Sequence record: PQ850620.1
Strand: one strand, 5' to 3'
DNA length: 39,651 nt
Source: Escherichia phage MeretOppenheim_Bas102
Shown here: positions 9,326 to 19,138 of the stretch, piece by piece
How the letters are laid out: every line of letters starts with the position of its first letter
How positions within the stretch are numbered: position 1 is the stretch's first letter
Position numbers and translations under genes: made by a program
The notes under the pieces: generated by a model
The model's database searches: none
Told to the model about the DNA's origin: nothing
Seen by the model: only the letters and a program-made list of their open reading frames with translations

Positions 9326-9403
9326 CCTTAAGGTTTAACTTTAAGACCCTTAAGTATTAATTAGAGATTTAAATTAAAGAATTACTAAGAGAGGACTTTA
9401 AGT

Positions 9404-9532
9404 ATGCGTAACTTCGAAAAGATGACCAAACGTTCTAACCGTAACGCTCATGACTTCGAGGCAACTAAAGGTCGTAAGTTGAATAAGACTAAGCGTGATC
9501 GCTCCCACAAACGTAGCTGGGAGGGTCAGTAA
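9404..9532 (+). CDS. 1.1: gp1.1
   Basis: 42-aa basic ORF MRNFEKMTKRSNRNAHDFEATKGRKLNKTKRDRSHKRSWEGQ downstream of phi1.1B. Confidence 0.8.
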   Translation: MRNFEKMTKRSNRNAHDFEATKGRKLNKTKRDRSHKRSWEGQ

Positions 9533-9533
9533 G

Positions 9534-9791
9534 ATGGGTCGTTTATACAGTGGTAATCTGGCAGCTTTCAAGACAGCAACAAACAAGTTATTTCAGTTAG
9601 ACTTAGCGGTCATTTGTGATGAATGGTACGATACCTACACCAGAAAAGATTACATACGGTTACGCGTTGAGGACCGGACTGGGAACCTGATTGATACCAG
9701 TACATTTTGCCACTACGACGAAGACGTTCTGTACAATATGTGCACTGATTGGCTGAACCGTATGTATGACCAGTTGAAGGACTGGAAGTAA
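9534..9791 (+). CDS. 1.2: gp1.2 (inhibitor of host dGTP triphosphohydrolase in T7)
   Basis: 85-aa ORF MGRLYSGNLAAFKTATNKLFQLDLAVICDEWYDTYTRKDYIRLRVEDRTGNLIDTS... Confidence 0.88.
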   Translation: MGRLYSGNLAAFKTATNKLFQLDLAVICDEWYDTYTRKDYIRLRVEDRTGNLIDTSTFCHYDEDVLYNMCTDWLNRMYDQLKDWK

Positions 9792-9811
9792 TACGACTCA
9801 GTATAGGGACA
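9789..9811 (+). promoter_or_regulatory. T7 RNAP promoter phi1.3
   Basis: TAATACGACTCAGTATAGGGACA (C-to-G variant at -5 typical of phi1.3). Confidence 0.88.
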
Positions 9812-9848
9812 ATGCTTAAGGTCGCTCATTGAGTGGCCTTAGTCATTT
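9808..9848 (+). promoter_or_regulatory. RNase III processing site R1.3 (predicted)
   Basis: CTTAAGGTCGCTCATTGAGTGGCCTTAGTC after phi1.3. Confidence 0.5.
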
Positions 9849-9869
9849 AACCAATAGGAGATAAACATT

Positions 9870-10892
9870 ATGATGAACATTAAGACTAGCCCATTTAAAG
9901 CCGTGTCTTTCGTAGAGTCCGCCATTAAGAAGGCTCTGGGTAACGCTGGGTATCTTATCGCTGACATCAAGTACGATGGTGTACGTGGGAACATCTGCGT
10001 AGACAATACCGCTAACAGTTGCTGGCTCTCTCGTGTATCTAAAACGATTCCGGCGCTGGAGCACTTAAACGGGTTTGATGTTCGCTGGAAGCGTCTGCTG
10101 AACGATGACCGTTGCTTCTACAAGGATGGCTTCATGCTCGATGGGGAACTCATGGTCAAAGACGTAGACTTCAACACAGGGTCCGGCCTACTGCGTACCA
10201 AATGGACTGACACTAAGAACCAAGAGTTCCACGAAGAGTTATTCGTTGAACCGGTACGTAAGAAAGATAAAGTTCCCTTTAAGCTGCACGCCGGACACCT
10301 TCACGTCAAACTGTACGCTATCCTCCCGCTGCACATCGTGGAGTCTGGAGAAGATTGCGATGTCATGACGTTACTCATGCAGGAACACGTTAAGAACATG
10401 CTGCCTCTGCTACAGGAATACTTCCCTGAAATCGAATGGCAAGCGGCTGAATCTTACGAGGTCTACGATATGGTGGAACTACAGCAACTGTATGAACAGA
10501 AGCGTGAAGAAGGCCATGAGGGTCTCATCGTGAAAGACCCGATGTGCATCTATAAGCGCGGTAAGAAGTCCGGCTGGTGGAAACTTAAGCCTCTTGAGGA
10601 AGCTGACGGCATCATTCAAGGTGTAAACTGGGGAACCGAAGGGCTTGCTAACGAAGGTAAAGTGATCGGCTTTAGTGTCTTGCTAGAAAGCGGGTGTGTA
10701 GTAGATGCTAATAACATCTCACGGGAACTGATGGATGAATTTACAGCTAACGTTAAAGAACATGGCGAGGACTACTACAATGGGTGGGCTTGTCAAATTG
10801 GATTTATGGAGGTAACACCTAATGGAAACCTTAGACATCCGTCCTTCACCTGCTTCCGAGGAACTGAGGACAATCCGAAAGAGAAAGTATAA
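9870..10892 (+). CDS. 1.3: ATP-dependent DNA ligase (gp1.3)
   Basis: 340-aa ORF MMNIKTSPFKAVSFVESAIKKALGNAGYLIADIKYDGVRGN... with adenylation motif KYDG; C-terminal region shorter than T7 ligase as I recall it. Confidence 0.93.
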   Translation: MMNIKTSPFKAVSFVESAIKKALGNAGYLIADIKYDGVRGNICVDNTANSCWLSRVSKTIPALEHLNGFDVRWKRLLNDDRCFYKDGFMLDGELMVKDVDFNTGSGLLRTKWTDTKNQEFHEELFVEPVRKKDKVPFKLHAGHLHVKLYAILPLHIVESGEDCDVMTLLMQEHVKNMLPLLQEYFPEIEWQAAESYEVYDMVELQQLYEQKREEGHEGLIVKDPMCIYKRGKKSGWWKLKPLEEADGIIQGVNWGTEGLANEGKVIGFSVLLESGCVVDANNISRELMDEFTANVKEHGEDYYNGWACQIGFMEVTPNGNLRHPSFTCFRGTEDNPKEKV

Positions 10893-11292
10893 GTATAACC
10901 CTGCGGCTCCTTCGGGAGTCGTTTCTGCCTCTGGTAAACCAATAGGTTACAAGCGGAAAGATGGGTATTGGCTACTTTCTTATGGAGGAAAGCATGTACT
11001 TGCACACAGGGTGGTCTGGATGCTTAACTTCGGTGTCATACCGGAGGGAATGGTGATAGACCACATTAACAGAAACCCTAGCGATAACCGTATAGAGAAT
11101 CTTCGAATAGTAACTCAATCAGCTAACCTAATGAACGTAGGCGTCCGGTCTCATTGTAGGAGTGGAGAGAAGTTTATCTCCCTTGATGTGAGAACCGGAC
11201 GTTTTTCCGTTCGTATCAGGAGAAAATCCTATGGCACATATGGTACTCTCGAAGAGGCTATAGCTGTGCGCGATGCTAATACGACTCACTAA
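10822..11292 (+). CDS. HNH homing endonuclease with C-terminal AP2-like DNA-binding domain, overlapping ligase 3' end
   Basis: 156-aa ORF with HNH motif IDHINRNPSDNRIENLRIVTQSANLMN and AP2-like tail (GRFSVRIRRKSYGTYGTLEEAIAVRDA); own RBS GGAGG at 10808-10812 inside ligase ORF; occupies the position of T7 gene 1.4; true start uncertain. Confidence 0.75.
   Translation: METLDIRPSPASEELRTIRKRKYKYNPAAPSGVVSASGKPIGYKRKDGYWLLSYGGKHVLAHRVVWMLNFGVIPEGMVIDHINRNPSDNRIENLRIVTQSANLMNVGVRSHCRSGEKFISLDVRTGRFSVRIRRKSYGTYGTLEEAIAVRDANTTH
10902..10930 (+). terminator. TE-like early terminator (for host RNAP)
   Basis: hairpin CGGCTCC-TTCG-GGAGTCG followed by TTTCTGCC immediately after the ligase stop; resembles the T7 TE element (GGCTCACCTTCGGGTGGGCCTTTCTGCG) as I recall it. 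Confidence 0.55.
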
Positions 11293-11299
11293 AGGAGGT
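11277..11299 (+). promoter_or_regulatory. T7 RNAP promoter phi1.5
   Basis: TAATACGACTCACTAAAGGAGGT; contains the stop codon of the upstream HNH ORF. Confidence 0.88.
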
Positions 11300-11306
11300 A
11301 CACATC

Positions 11307-11396
11307 ATGATGTACTTAATGCCATTACTCATTGTCGTCATAGGATGCCTTGCGCTCCACTGTAGCGATGACGATATGCCAGATGGTCACGCTTAA
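11307..11396 (+). CDS. 1.5: gp1.5
   Basis: 29-aa ORF MMYLMPLLIVVIGCLALHCSDDDMPDGHA immediately downstream of phi1.5 with RBS AAAGGAGG. Confidence 0.6.
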   Translation: MMYLMPLLIVVIGCLALHCSDDDMPDGHA

Positions 11397-11416
11397 TACG
11401 ACTCACTAAAGGAGAC
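11394..11416 (+). promoter_or_regulatory. T7 RNAP promoter phi1.6
   Basis: TAATACGACTCACTAAAGGAGAC; first three nt are the TAA stop of gene 1.5. Confidence 0.88.
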
Positions 11417-11421
11417 ACTAT

Positions 11422-11682
11422 ATGTTTCGACTTCATTACAACAAAAGCATTAAGAATTTCACGATTCGCCGTGCTGACCGTTCAATCGTATGTGCGAGCG
11501 AGCTCCGAGCTAAGTTACCTCTTATTGGTGACACAGTTCCTCTGGCACCGAGCGTACACATCATTATTACCCGTGGTGACTTTGAGAAAGCAATAGACAA
11601 GAAACGTCCGGTTCTTAGTGTGGCAGTGACCCGCTTCCCGTTCATCCGTCTGTTACTCAAACGAATCAAGGAGGTGTTCTGA
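11422..11682 (+). CDS. 1.6: gp1.6
   Basis: 86-aa [66 protein letters not shown]... downstream of phi1.6. Confidence 0.85.
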   Translation: MFRLHYNKSIKNFTIRRADRSIVCASELRAKLPLIGDTVPLAPSVHIIITRGDFEKAIDKKRPVLSVAVTRFPFIRLLLKRIKEVF

Positions 11683-11910
11683 TGGGCAAAGACATGGTAA
11701 ACCAACCTGCGCATTATACTTCTGGCGGGATTGAGTGCCTTGACGCTATCAGGGCTTCGATGACAGAGGAGGCATTTAAGGGCTTCCTGAAAGGTAACGT
11801 ACTTAAGTATATGTGGCGCTACGAGAAGAAATTTAATCCAACTGAGGACTTAAAGAAAGCTCAGTGGTATTTGAAGCGTCTGGAGGAAGCAAATGAAAAG
11901 GATAAATCAT

Positions 11911-12257
<347 letters not shown>

Positions 12258-12260
<3 letters not shown>

Positions 12261-12280
12261 TACGACTCACTATTAGGGAG
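12258..12280 (+). promoter_or_regulatory. T7 RNAP promoter phi2.5 (A-initiating)
   Basis: TAATACGACTCACTATTAGGGAG with the extra T characteristic of phi2.5; begins with the gene 2 stop codon. Confidence 0.88.
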
Positions 12281-12330
12281 GGAGGACTCCCTTTAAGAAA
12301 CCAAAATGAAACCTAAAGGAGATTAACATT

Positions 12331-13035
12331 ATGGCTAAGAAGATTTTCACCTCTGCGCTGGGTACTGCTGAACCTTACGCTTACATCGCTAAGCCGGACT
12401 ACGGCAACGAAGAGCGTGGCTTTGGGAACCCTCGCGGTGTCTACAAAGTTGACCTGACTATTCCCAACAAAGACCCGCGCTGCCAGCGTATGGTCGATGA
12501 AATCGTGAAGTGCCACGAAGAGGCTTATGCTGCTGCCGTTGAGGAATACGAAGCGAATCCACCTGCGGTAGCTCGTGGTAAGAAACCATTGGAGCCTTAC
12601 GAGGGAGACATGCCGTTCGTAGATAACGGTGACGGTACGACTACCTTTAAGTTTAAGTCCTACGCATCCTATCAAGATAAGAAGACCAAAGAGACCAAGC
12701 ACATCAATCTGGTTGTTGTGGATTCTAAGGGTAAGAAGATTGAGGACGTGCCTATCATCGGTGGCGGCTCTAAGCTGAAAGTTAAATACTCTCTTGTTCC
12801 CTACAAATGGAATAAAGCAGTCGGTGCAAGCGTTAAGCTACAGTTGGAGTCTGTAATGCTGGTCGAACTGGCTTCCTTTGGTGGTGGCGGTGATGGTGAT
12901 TGGGCTGATGAAGTCGAAGAGAACGGCTATGTTGCCTCTGGTTCTGCCAAAGCGAGCAAACCACGCGACGAAGAAAGCTGGGACGAAGACGACGGAGACT
13001 CTTACGAAGAAGAAGACGAAGACGGAGACTTCTAA
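12331..13035 (+). CDS. 2.5: single-stranded DNA-binding protein (gp2.5)
   Basis: 234-aa ORF MAKKIFTSALGTAEPYAYIAKPDYGNEERGFGNPRGVYKVDLT... with acidic C-terminal tail ending DGDF. Confidence 0.95.
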   Translation: MAKKIFTSALGTAEPYAYIAKPDYGNEERGFGNPRGVYKVDLTIPNKDPRCQRMVDEIVKCHEEAYAAAVEEYEANPPAVARGKKPLEPYEGDMPFVDNGDGTTTFKFKSYASYQDKKTKETKHINLVVVDSKGKKIEDVPIIGGGSKLKVKYSLVPYKWNKAVGASVKLQLESVMLVELASFGGGGDGDWADEVEENGYVASGSAKASKPRDEESWDEDDGDSYEEEDEDGDF

Positions 13036-13491
13036 GTGGCTGGCGCATACGCTGCGCGTGGTATCCGAAAGGTCGGGACATTCCGTTCCGGCCTAGAAGA
13101 TAATGTCTCTAAGCAGCTAGAGGGTAAGGGCATTCAGTTCGACTATGAACTGTGGAAAATCCCTTACGTTGTCCCTGCGAGCAACCATATGTATACTCCA
13201 GACTTCCTGCTGCCTAACGGAATCTTTATTGAAACCAAGGGTTTATGGGAGAGTGACGACCGAAAGAAACACTTACTGATTCGCGAACAGTTTCCTGAAC
13301 TGGACATCCGTCTGGTGTTCTCAAGCTCACGCACCAAGCTGTACAAAGGGTCTCCGACCAGTTACGGTGAATGGTGCGAGAAGCACGGCATTCTGTTTGC
13401 TGACAAATTAATTCCTGTAGAATGGCTCAAAGAACCCAAAAAGGAGGTGCCATTTGACAAGCTGAAACAATCGAAGGGAGGAAAGAAATAA
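13036..13491 (+). CDS. 3: endonuclease I, Holliday-junction resolvase (gp3)
   Basis: 151-aa ORF (M)AGAYAARGIRKVGTFRSGLEDNVSKQLEGKGIQFDYELWKIPYVVPASNHMYTPDFLLPNGIFIETKGLWESDDRKKH...; GTG start directly abutting the gene 2.5 stop codon. Confidence 0.92.
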   Translation: MAGAYAARGIRKVGTFRSGLEDNVSKQLEGKGIQFDYELWKIPYVVPASNHMYTPDFLLPNGIFIETKGLWESDDRKKHLLIREQFPELDIRLVFSSSRTKLYKGSPTSYGEWCEKHGILFADKLIPVEWLKEPKKEVPFDKLKQSKGGKK

Positions 13492-13946
13492 TGGCTCGTG
13501 TACAGTTTAAACAACGTGAATCTACTGACGCAATCTTTGTCCACTGCTCGGCTACCAAGCCAAGTCAGAATGTAGGTGTCCGTGAGATTCGCCAGTGGCA
13601 CAAAGAGCAAGGCTGGCTTGATGTGGGGTATCACTTTATCATCAAGCGTGATGGTACAGTAGAGGAAGGCCGAGATGAGATGGCTGTAGGCTCTCACGTT
13701 AAGGGTCATAACCACAACTCCATTGGTGTCTGCCTTGTAGGTGGTATCGACGATAAAGGTAAGTTCGACGCTAACTTTACGCCAGCCCAAATGCAATCCC
13801 TTCGCTCACTGCTTGTCACACTACTGGCTAAGTATGAAGGCGCTGTGCTTCGCGCGCATCATGATGTGGCACCTAAGGCTTGCCCATCGTTCGACCTTAA
13901 GCGTTGGTGGGAGAAGGACGAACTGGTCACTTCTGACCGTGGATAA
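13491..13946 (+). CDS. 3.5: lysozyme / N-acetylmuramoyl-L-alanine amidase, RNAP inhibitor (gp3.5)
   Basis: 151-aa ORF MARVQFKQRESTDAIFVHCSATKPSQNVGVREIRQWHKEQGWLDVGYHFIIKRDGTVEEGRDEMAVGSH... Confidence 0.95.
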   Translation: MARVQFKQRESTDAIFVHCSATKPSQNVGVREIRQWHKEQGWLDVGYHFIIKRDGTVEEGRDEMAVGSHVKGHNHNSIGVCLVGGIDDKGKFDANFTPAQMQSLRSLLVTLLAKYEGAVLRAHHDVAPKACPSFDLKRWWEKDELVTSDRG

Positions 13947-13947
13947 T

Positions 13948-13970
13948 TAATTGAACTCACTAAAGGGAGA
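13948..13970 (+). promoter_or_regulatory. T7 RNAP promoter phi3.8
   Basis: TAATTGAACTCACTAAAGGGAGA, the divergent phi3.8-type sequence, directly upstream of gene 4 here. Confidence 0.85.
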
Positions 13971-14002
13971 CCACAACGGTTTCCCTTTGTTCGCAATGTT
14001 GA

Positions 14003-15736
<1,734 letters not shown>

Positions 15737-15743
<7 letters not shown>

Positions 15744-15759
15744 ACTCACTAAAGGAGCT
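15737..15759 (+). promoter_or_regulatory. T7 RNAP promoter phi4.3
   Basis: TAATTAGACTCACTAAAGGAGCT; its +2 to +6 GGAG serves as RBS for the inserted HNH gene. Confidence 0.8.
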
Positions 15760-15765
15760 AACCAC

Positions 15766-16191
15766 ATGGACACTAACTTAGCGAGATTTGAAATATTCTT
15801 GAAGATTGATGGTGACTGCTGGTTGTTCACTGGTGGAAGGGCGCACTCCTATGGAGTCTTCTGGATGAACGGTAAGAATCACAAGGCACATAGGGCCGCC
15901 TTCGAACTTTATAACGGGAGGAAACCTAATGGCGTTATACTACATTCTTGTGATAATCCTTTGTGCTGCAATCCCGCTCATCTATCTGAGGGAACTCAGC
16001 TTGATAATATGGTGGACATGGTTAGAAAGGGACGCTCATTGAGAGGTACTAAGAATCCAATGTGCAAGTTTACTGATGCGGATGTTAAGTTCATCCGAGA
16101 GTCTACCATGAAGGTCAAGGATTTAGCTGCTTTATTCGGAGTAACCCGCCAAACAATAACTAAATGGAGGAGGCACCAATGTTCAAACTGA
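15766..16191 (+). CDS. free-standing HNH (His-Me finger) endonuclease inserted between promoter phi4.3 and gene 4.3
   Basis: 142-aa ORF MDTNLARFEIFLKIDGDCWLFTGG... with motif HSCDNPLCCNPAHL and C-terminal HTH-like TRQTITKWRR; paralogous to gp7.7 and to the intron ORF; not present at this locus in T7. Confidence 0.8.
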   Translation: MDTNLARFEIFLKIDGDCWLFTGGRAHSYGVFWMNGKNHKAHRAAFELYNGRKPNGVILHSCDNPLCCNPAHLSEGTQLDNMVDMVRKGRSLRGTKNPMCKFTDADVKFIRESTMKVKDLAALFGVTRQTITKWRRHQCSN

Positions 16192-16391
16192 TTAAGAAAT
16201 TAGGCCAACTGCTGGTTCGTATGTACAACGTGGAAGCTAAACGCCTGAACGATGAGGCTCGTAAAGAAGCCACACAGTCACGCGCTCTGGCGATTCGCTC
16301 CAACGAACTGGCTGATAGCGCATCAAATAAAGTTACAGAAGCTGCCCGTGTAGCAAACCAAGCACAACAGCTTTCCAAATTCTTTGAGTAA
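16179..16391 (+). CDS. 4.3: gp4.3
   Basis: 70-aa ORF MFKLIKKLGQLLVRMYNVEAKRLNDEARKEATQSRALAIRSNELADSASNKVTEAARVANQAQQLSKFFE; RBS GGAGGAGG lies inside 3' end of the upstream HNH gene. Confidence 0.85.
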   Translation: MFKLIKKLGQLLVRMYNVEAKRLNDEARKEATQSRALAIRSNELADSASNKVTEAARVANQAQQLSKFFE

Positions 16392-16410
16392 TCAAACAGG
16401 AGAAACCATT

Positions 16411-16680
16411 ATGTCAAACGTAGCTGAAACTATCCGTCTATCCGATACCGCTGACCAGTGGAACCGTCGGGTTCACATCAACGTTCGTAACGGAAAGGCT
16501 ACTATGGTCTACCGTTGGAAGGACTCCAAGTCCTCTAAGAATCACACTCAGCGTATGACGTTGACAGATGAGCAAGCACTGCGTCTGGTCAATGCGCTTA
16601 CCAAAGCTGCCGTGACAGCAATCCATGAAGCTGGTCGCGTCAATGAAGCTATGGCTATCCTCGACAAGATTGATAGCTAA
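16411..16680 (+). CDS. 4.5: gp4.5
   Basis: 89-aa ORF MSNVAETIRLSDTADQWNRRVHINVRNGKATMVYRWKDSKSSKNHTQRMTL... Confidence 0.85.
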   Translation: MSNVAETIRLSDTADQWNRRVHINVRNGKATMVYRWKDSKSSKNHTQRMTLTDEQALRLVNALTKAAVTAIHEAGRVNEAMAILDKIDS

Positions 16681-16684
16681 GAGT

Positions 16685-16722
16685 GGTATACTCAAGGTCG
16701 CCCAAGTGGTGGCCTTCATGAA
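16685..16722 (+). promoter_or_regulatory. RNase III processing site R4.7 (predicted)
   Basis: CTCAAGGTCGCCCAAGTGGTGGCCTTCATG between 4.5 and phi4.7. Confidence 0.5.
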
Positions 16723-16724
16723 TA

Positions 16725-16747
16725 CTATTAGACTCACTATAGGAGGT
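16725..16747 (+). promoter_or_regulatory. T7 RNAP promoter phi4.7
   Basis: CTATTAGACTCACTATAGGAGGT upstream of gene 4.7. Confidence 0.75.
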
Positions 16748-16753
16748 ATTATC

Positions 16754-17161
16754 ATGCGTGACCCTAAAGTTATCCAAGCAGAAATCGCTAAGTTGGAAGC
16801 TGAACTGGAGGACGTTAAGTTCCATGAGGCCAAGACCCGCTCCGCTGTTCACATCTTGAAGAACTTAGGCTGGACTTGGACAAGACAGACTGGCTGGGAG
16901 AAACAAGAAGTTAACAAGCTGAGCCACAAGGTGTTCGATAAAGACACTATGACCCACATCAAGGCTGGTGATTGGGTTAAGGTTGCCATGGGAGTTGTTG
17001 TTGGATACGGCTACGTCCGCTCAGTTAGTGGTAAATATGCACAAGTGTCATACATCACAGGCGTCACTCCACGAGGAGCAATCGTTGCCGATAAGACCAA
17101 CATGATTCATACAGTCTTCTTGACAGTTGTCTCGTATGAAGAGATTGTTAAGTCACGATAA
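16754..17161 (+). CDS. 4.7: gp4.7
   Basis: 135-aa ORF MRDPKVIQAEIAKLEAELEDVKFHEAKTRSAVHILKNLGWTWTRQTGW... downstream of phi4.7. Confidence 0.85.
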   Translation: MRDPKVIQAEIAKLEAELEDVKFHEAKTRSAVHILKNLGWTWTRQTGWEKQEVNKLSHKVFDKDTMTHIKAGDWVKVAMGVVVGYGYVRSVSGKYAQVSYITGVTPRGAIVADKTNMIHTVFLTVVSYEEIVKSR

Positions 17162-17179
17162 TCAATAGGAGAAATCAAT

Positions 17180-19138
17180 ATGATCGTTTCTGACATCGAA
17201 GCTAACGCCCTCTTAGAGAGCGTCACTAAGTTCCACTGCGGGGTTATCTACGACTACTCCACCGCTGAGTACGTAAGCTACCGTCCGAGTGACTTCGGTG
17301 CGTATCTGGATGCGCTGGAAGCCGAGGTTGCACGAGGCGGTCTTATTGTGTTCCACAACGGTCACAAGTATGACGTTCCCGCATTGACCAAACTGGCAAA
17401 GCTACAATTGAACCGTGAGTTCCACCTTCCCCGTGAGAACTGTATCGACACCCTTGTGCTGTCACGCTTGATTCACTCTAACCTGAAAGACACCGATATG
17501 GGTCTTCTGCGTTCCGGTAAGTTGCCCGGTAAACGATTTGGGTCTCACGCTTTGGAGGCGTGGGGTTATCGCTTAGGCGAAATGAAGGGTGAATACAAAG
17601 ACGACTTTAAGCGTATGCTTGAAGAGCAGGGTGAAGAGTACGTTGACGGAATGGAGTGGTGGAACTTCAACGAAGAGATGATGGACTATAACGTTCAGGA
17701 CGTTGTGGTCACTAAGGCTCTACTTGAGAAGCTACTCTCTGACAAACACTACTTCCCTCCTGAGATTGACTTTACGGACGTAGGTTACACTACGTTCTGG
17801 TCAGAATCCCTTGAGGCCGTTGACGTTGAACATCGCGCTGCGTGGCTACTCGCTAAGCAAGAGCGAAATGGATTCCCGTTTGACACGAAAGCAATCGAAG
17901 AGTTGTACGTAGAGTTAGCTGCTCGCCGCTCTGAGTTGCTCCGTAAATTGACCGAAACGTTCGGCTCATGGTATCAACCTAAGGGTGGCACCGAAATGTT
18001 CTGCCATCCGCGAACAGGCAAGCCACTGCCTAAATACCCTCGCATTAAGACACCTAAAGTTGGTGGTATCTTTAAGAAGCCTAAGAACAAGGCACAGCGA
18101 GAGGGCCGTGAGCCTTGCGAACTTGATACCCGCGAGTACGTTGCTGGCGCTCCGTATACTCCAGTTGAGCACGTAGTGTTTAACCCTTCGTCTCGTGACC
18201 ACATCCAGAAGAAACTCCAAGAGGCTGGATGGGTCCCCACGAAGTACACCGATAAGGGTGCTCCTGTGGTGGACGATGAGGTACTCGAAGGAGTACGTGT
18301 AGATGACCCCGAGAAGCAAGCTGCTATCGACCTCATTAAAGAGTACTTGATGATTCAGAAGCGAATCGGACAGTCTGCTGAGGGAGACAAGGCATGGCTC
18401 CGTTACGTTGCCGAGGACGGTAAGATTCATGGTTCTGTTAACCCTAATGGAGCAGTTACGGGTCGTGCGACCCATGCGTTCCCCAACCTTGCGCAAATTC
18501 CGGGTGTACGTTCTCCTTATGGGGAGCAGTGCCGTGCTGCTTTTGGCGCTGAGCATCATTTGGATGGGCTAACTGGTAAGCCTTGGGTTCAGGCAGGTAT
18601 CGATGCATCCGGTCTGGAGCTACGCTGCTTAGCCCACTTTATGGCTCGCTTTGATAACGGTGAGTACGCCCACGAGATTCTTAACGGTGACATCCACACT
18701 AAGAACCAGATGGCTGCTGAACTGCCTACCCGTGATAACGCCAAGACGTTCATCTACGGGTTCCTGTATGGTGCTGGCGATGAGAAGATTGGGCAGATTG
18801 TTGGTGCTGGTAAAGAGCGCGGCAAGGAACTCAAGAAGAAATTCCTTGAGAACACCCCAGCTATTGCAGCACTACGCGAGTCTATCCAACAGACACTTGT
18901 CGAGTCCTCTCAGTGGGTAGCAGGTGAGCAACAAGTCAAGTGGAAACGCCGCTGGATTAAAGGTCTGGATGGTCGTAAGGTACACGTTCGTAGTCCTCAC
19001 GCTGCCTTGAATACCCTGCTCCAATCCGCTGGTGCTCTCATCTGCAAACTGTGGATTATCAAGACCGAAGAGATGCTCGTAGAGAAAGGCTTGAAGCACG
19101 GCTGGGATGGGGACTTTGCGTACATGGCATGGGTGCAT
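17180..19138 (+). CDS. 5: DNA polymerase (gp5), exon 1 encoding residues 1-653
   Basis: Family A polymerase with 3'-5' exonuclease domain ([26 protein letters not shown]...); reading frame ends ...[11 protein letters not shown] then runs into 7 aberrant codons and a stop at 19160-19162 unless spliced. Confidence 0.9.

Larger units (their letters stand above)
9233..9400 (+). other. probable primary origin of DNA replication region (phi1.1A/phi1.1B plus AT-rich segment)
   Basis: tandem phage promoters followed by AT-rich stretch TTAAGTATTAATTAGAGATTTAAATTAAAGAATTACTAAGA upstream of gene 1.1; corresponds to the T7 primary origin by position. Confidence 0.45.

Noticed and set aside
17966-18559. 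197-aa minus-strand ORF, and other long minus-strand ORFs such as 26509-27090, 35786-36343, 7860-8321 and 2051-2467
   Set aside because: All lie antisense to strongly conserved + strand core genes (DNA polymerase, capsid, gp16, RNAP, terminase). T7-like genomes are transcribed only left-to-right from the promoters identified, and none has an RBS or promoter context; these are frame artefacts.
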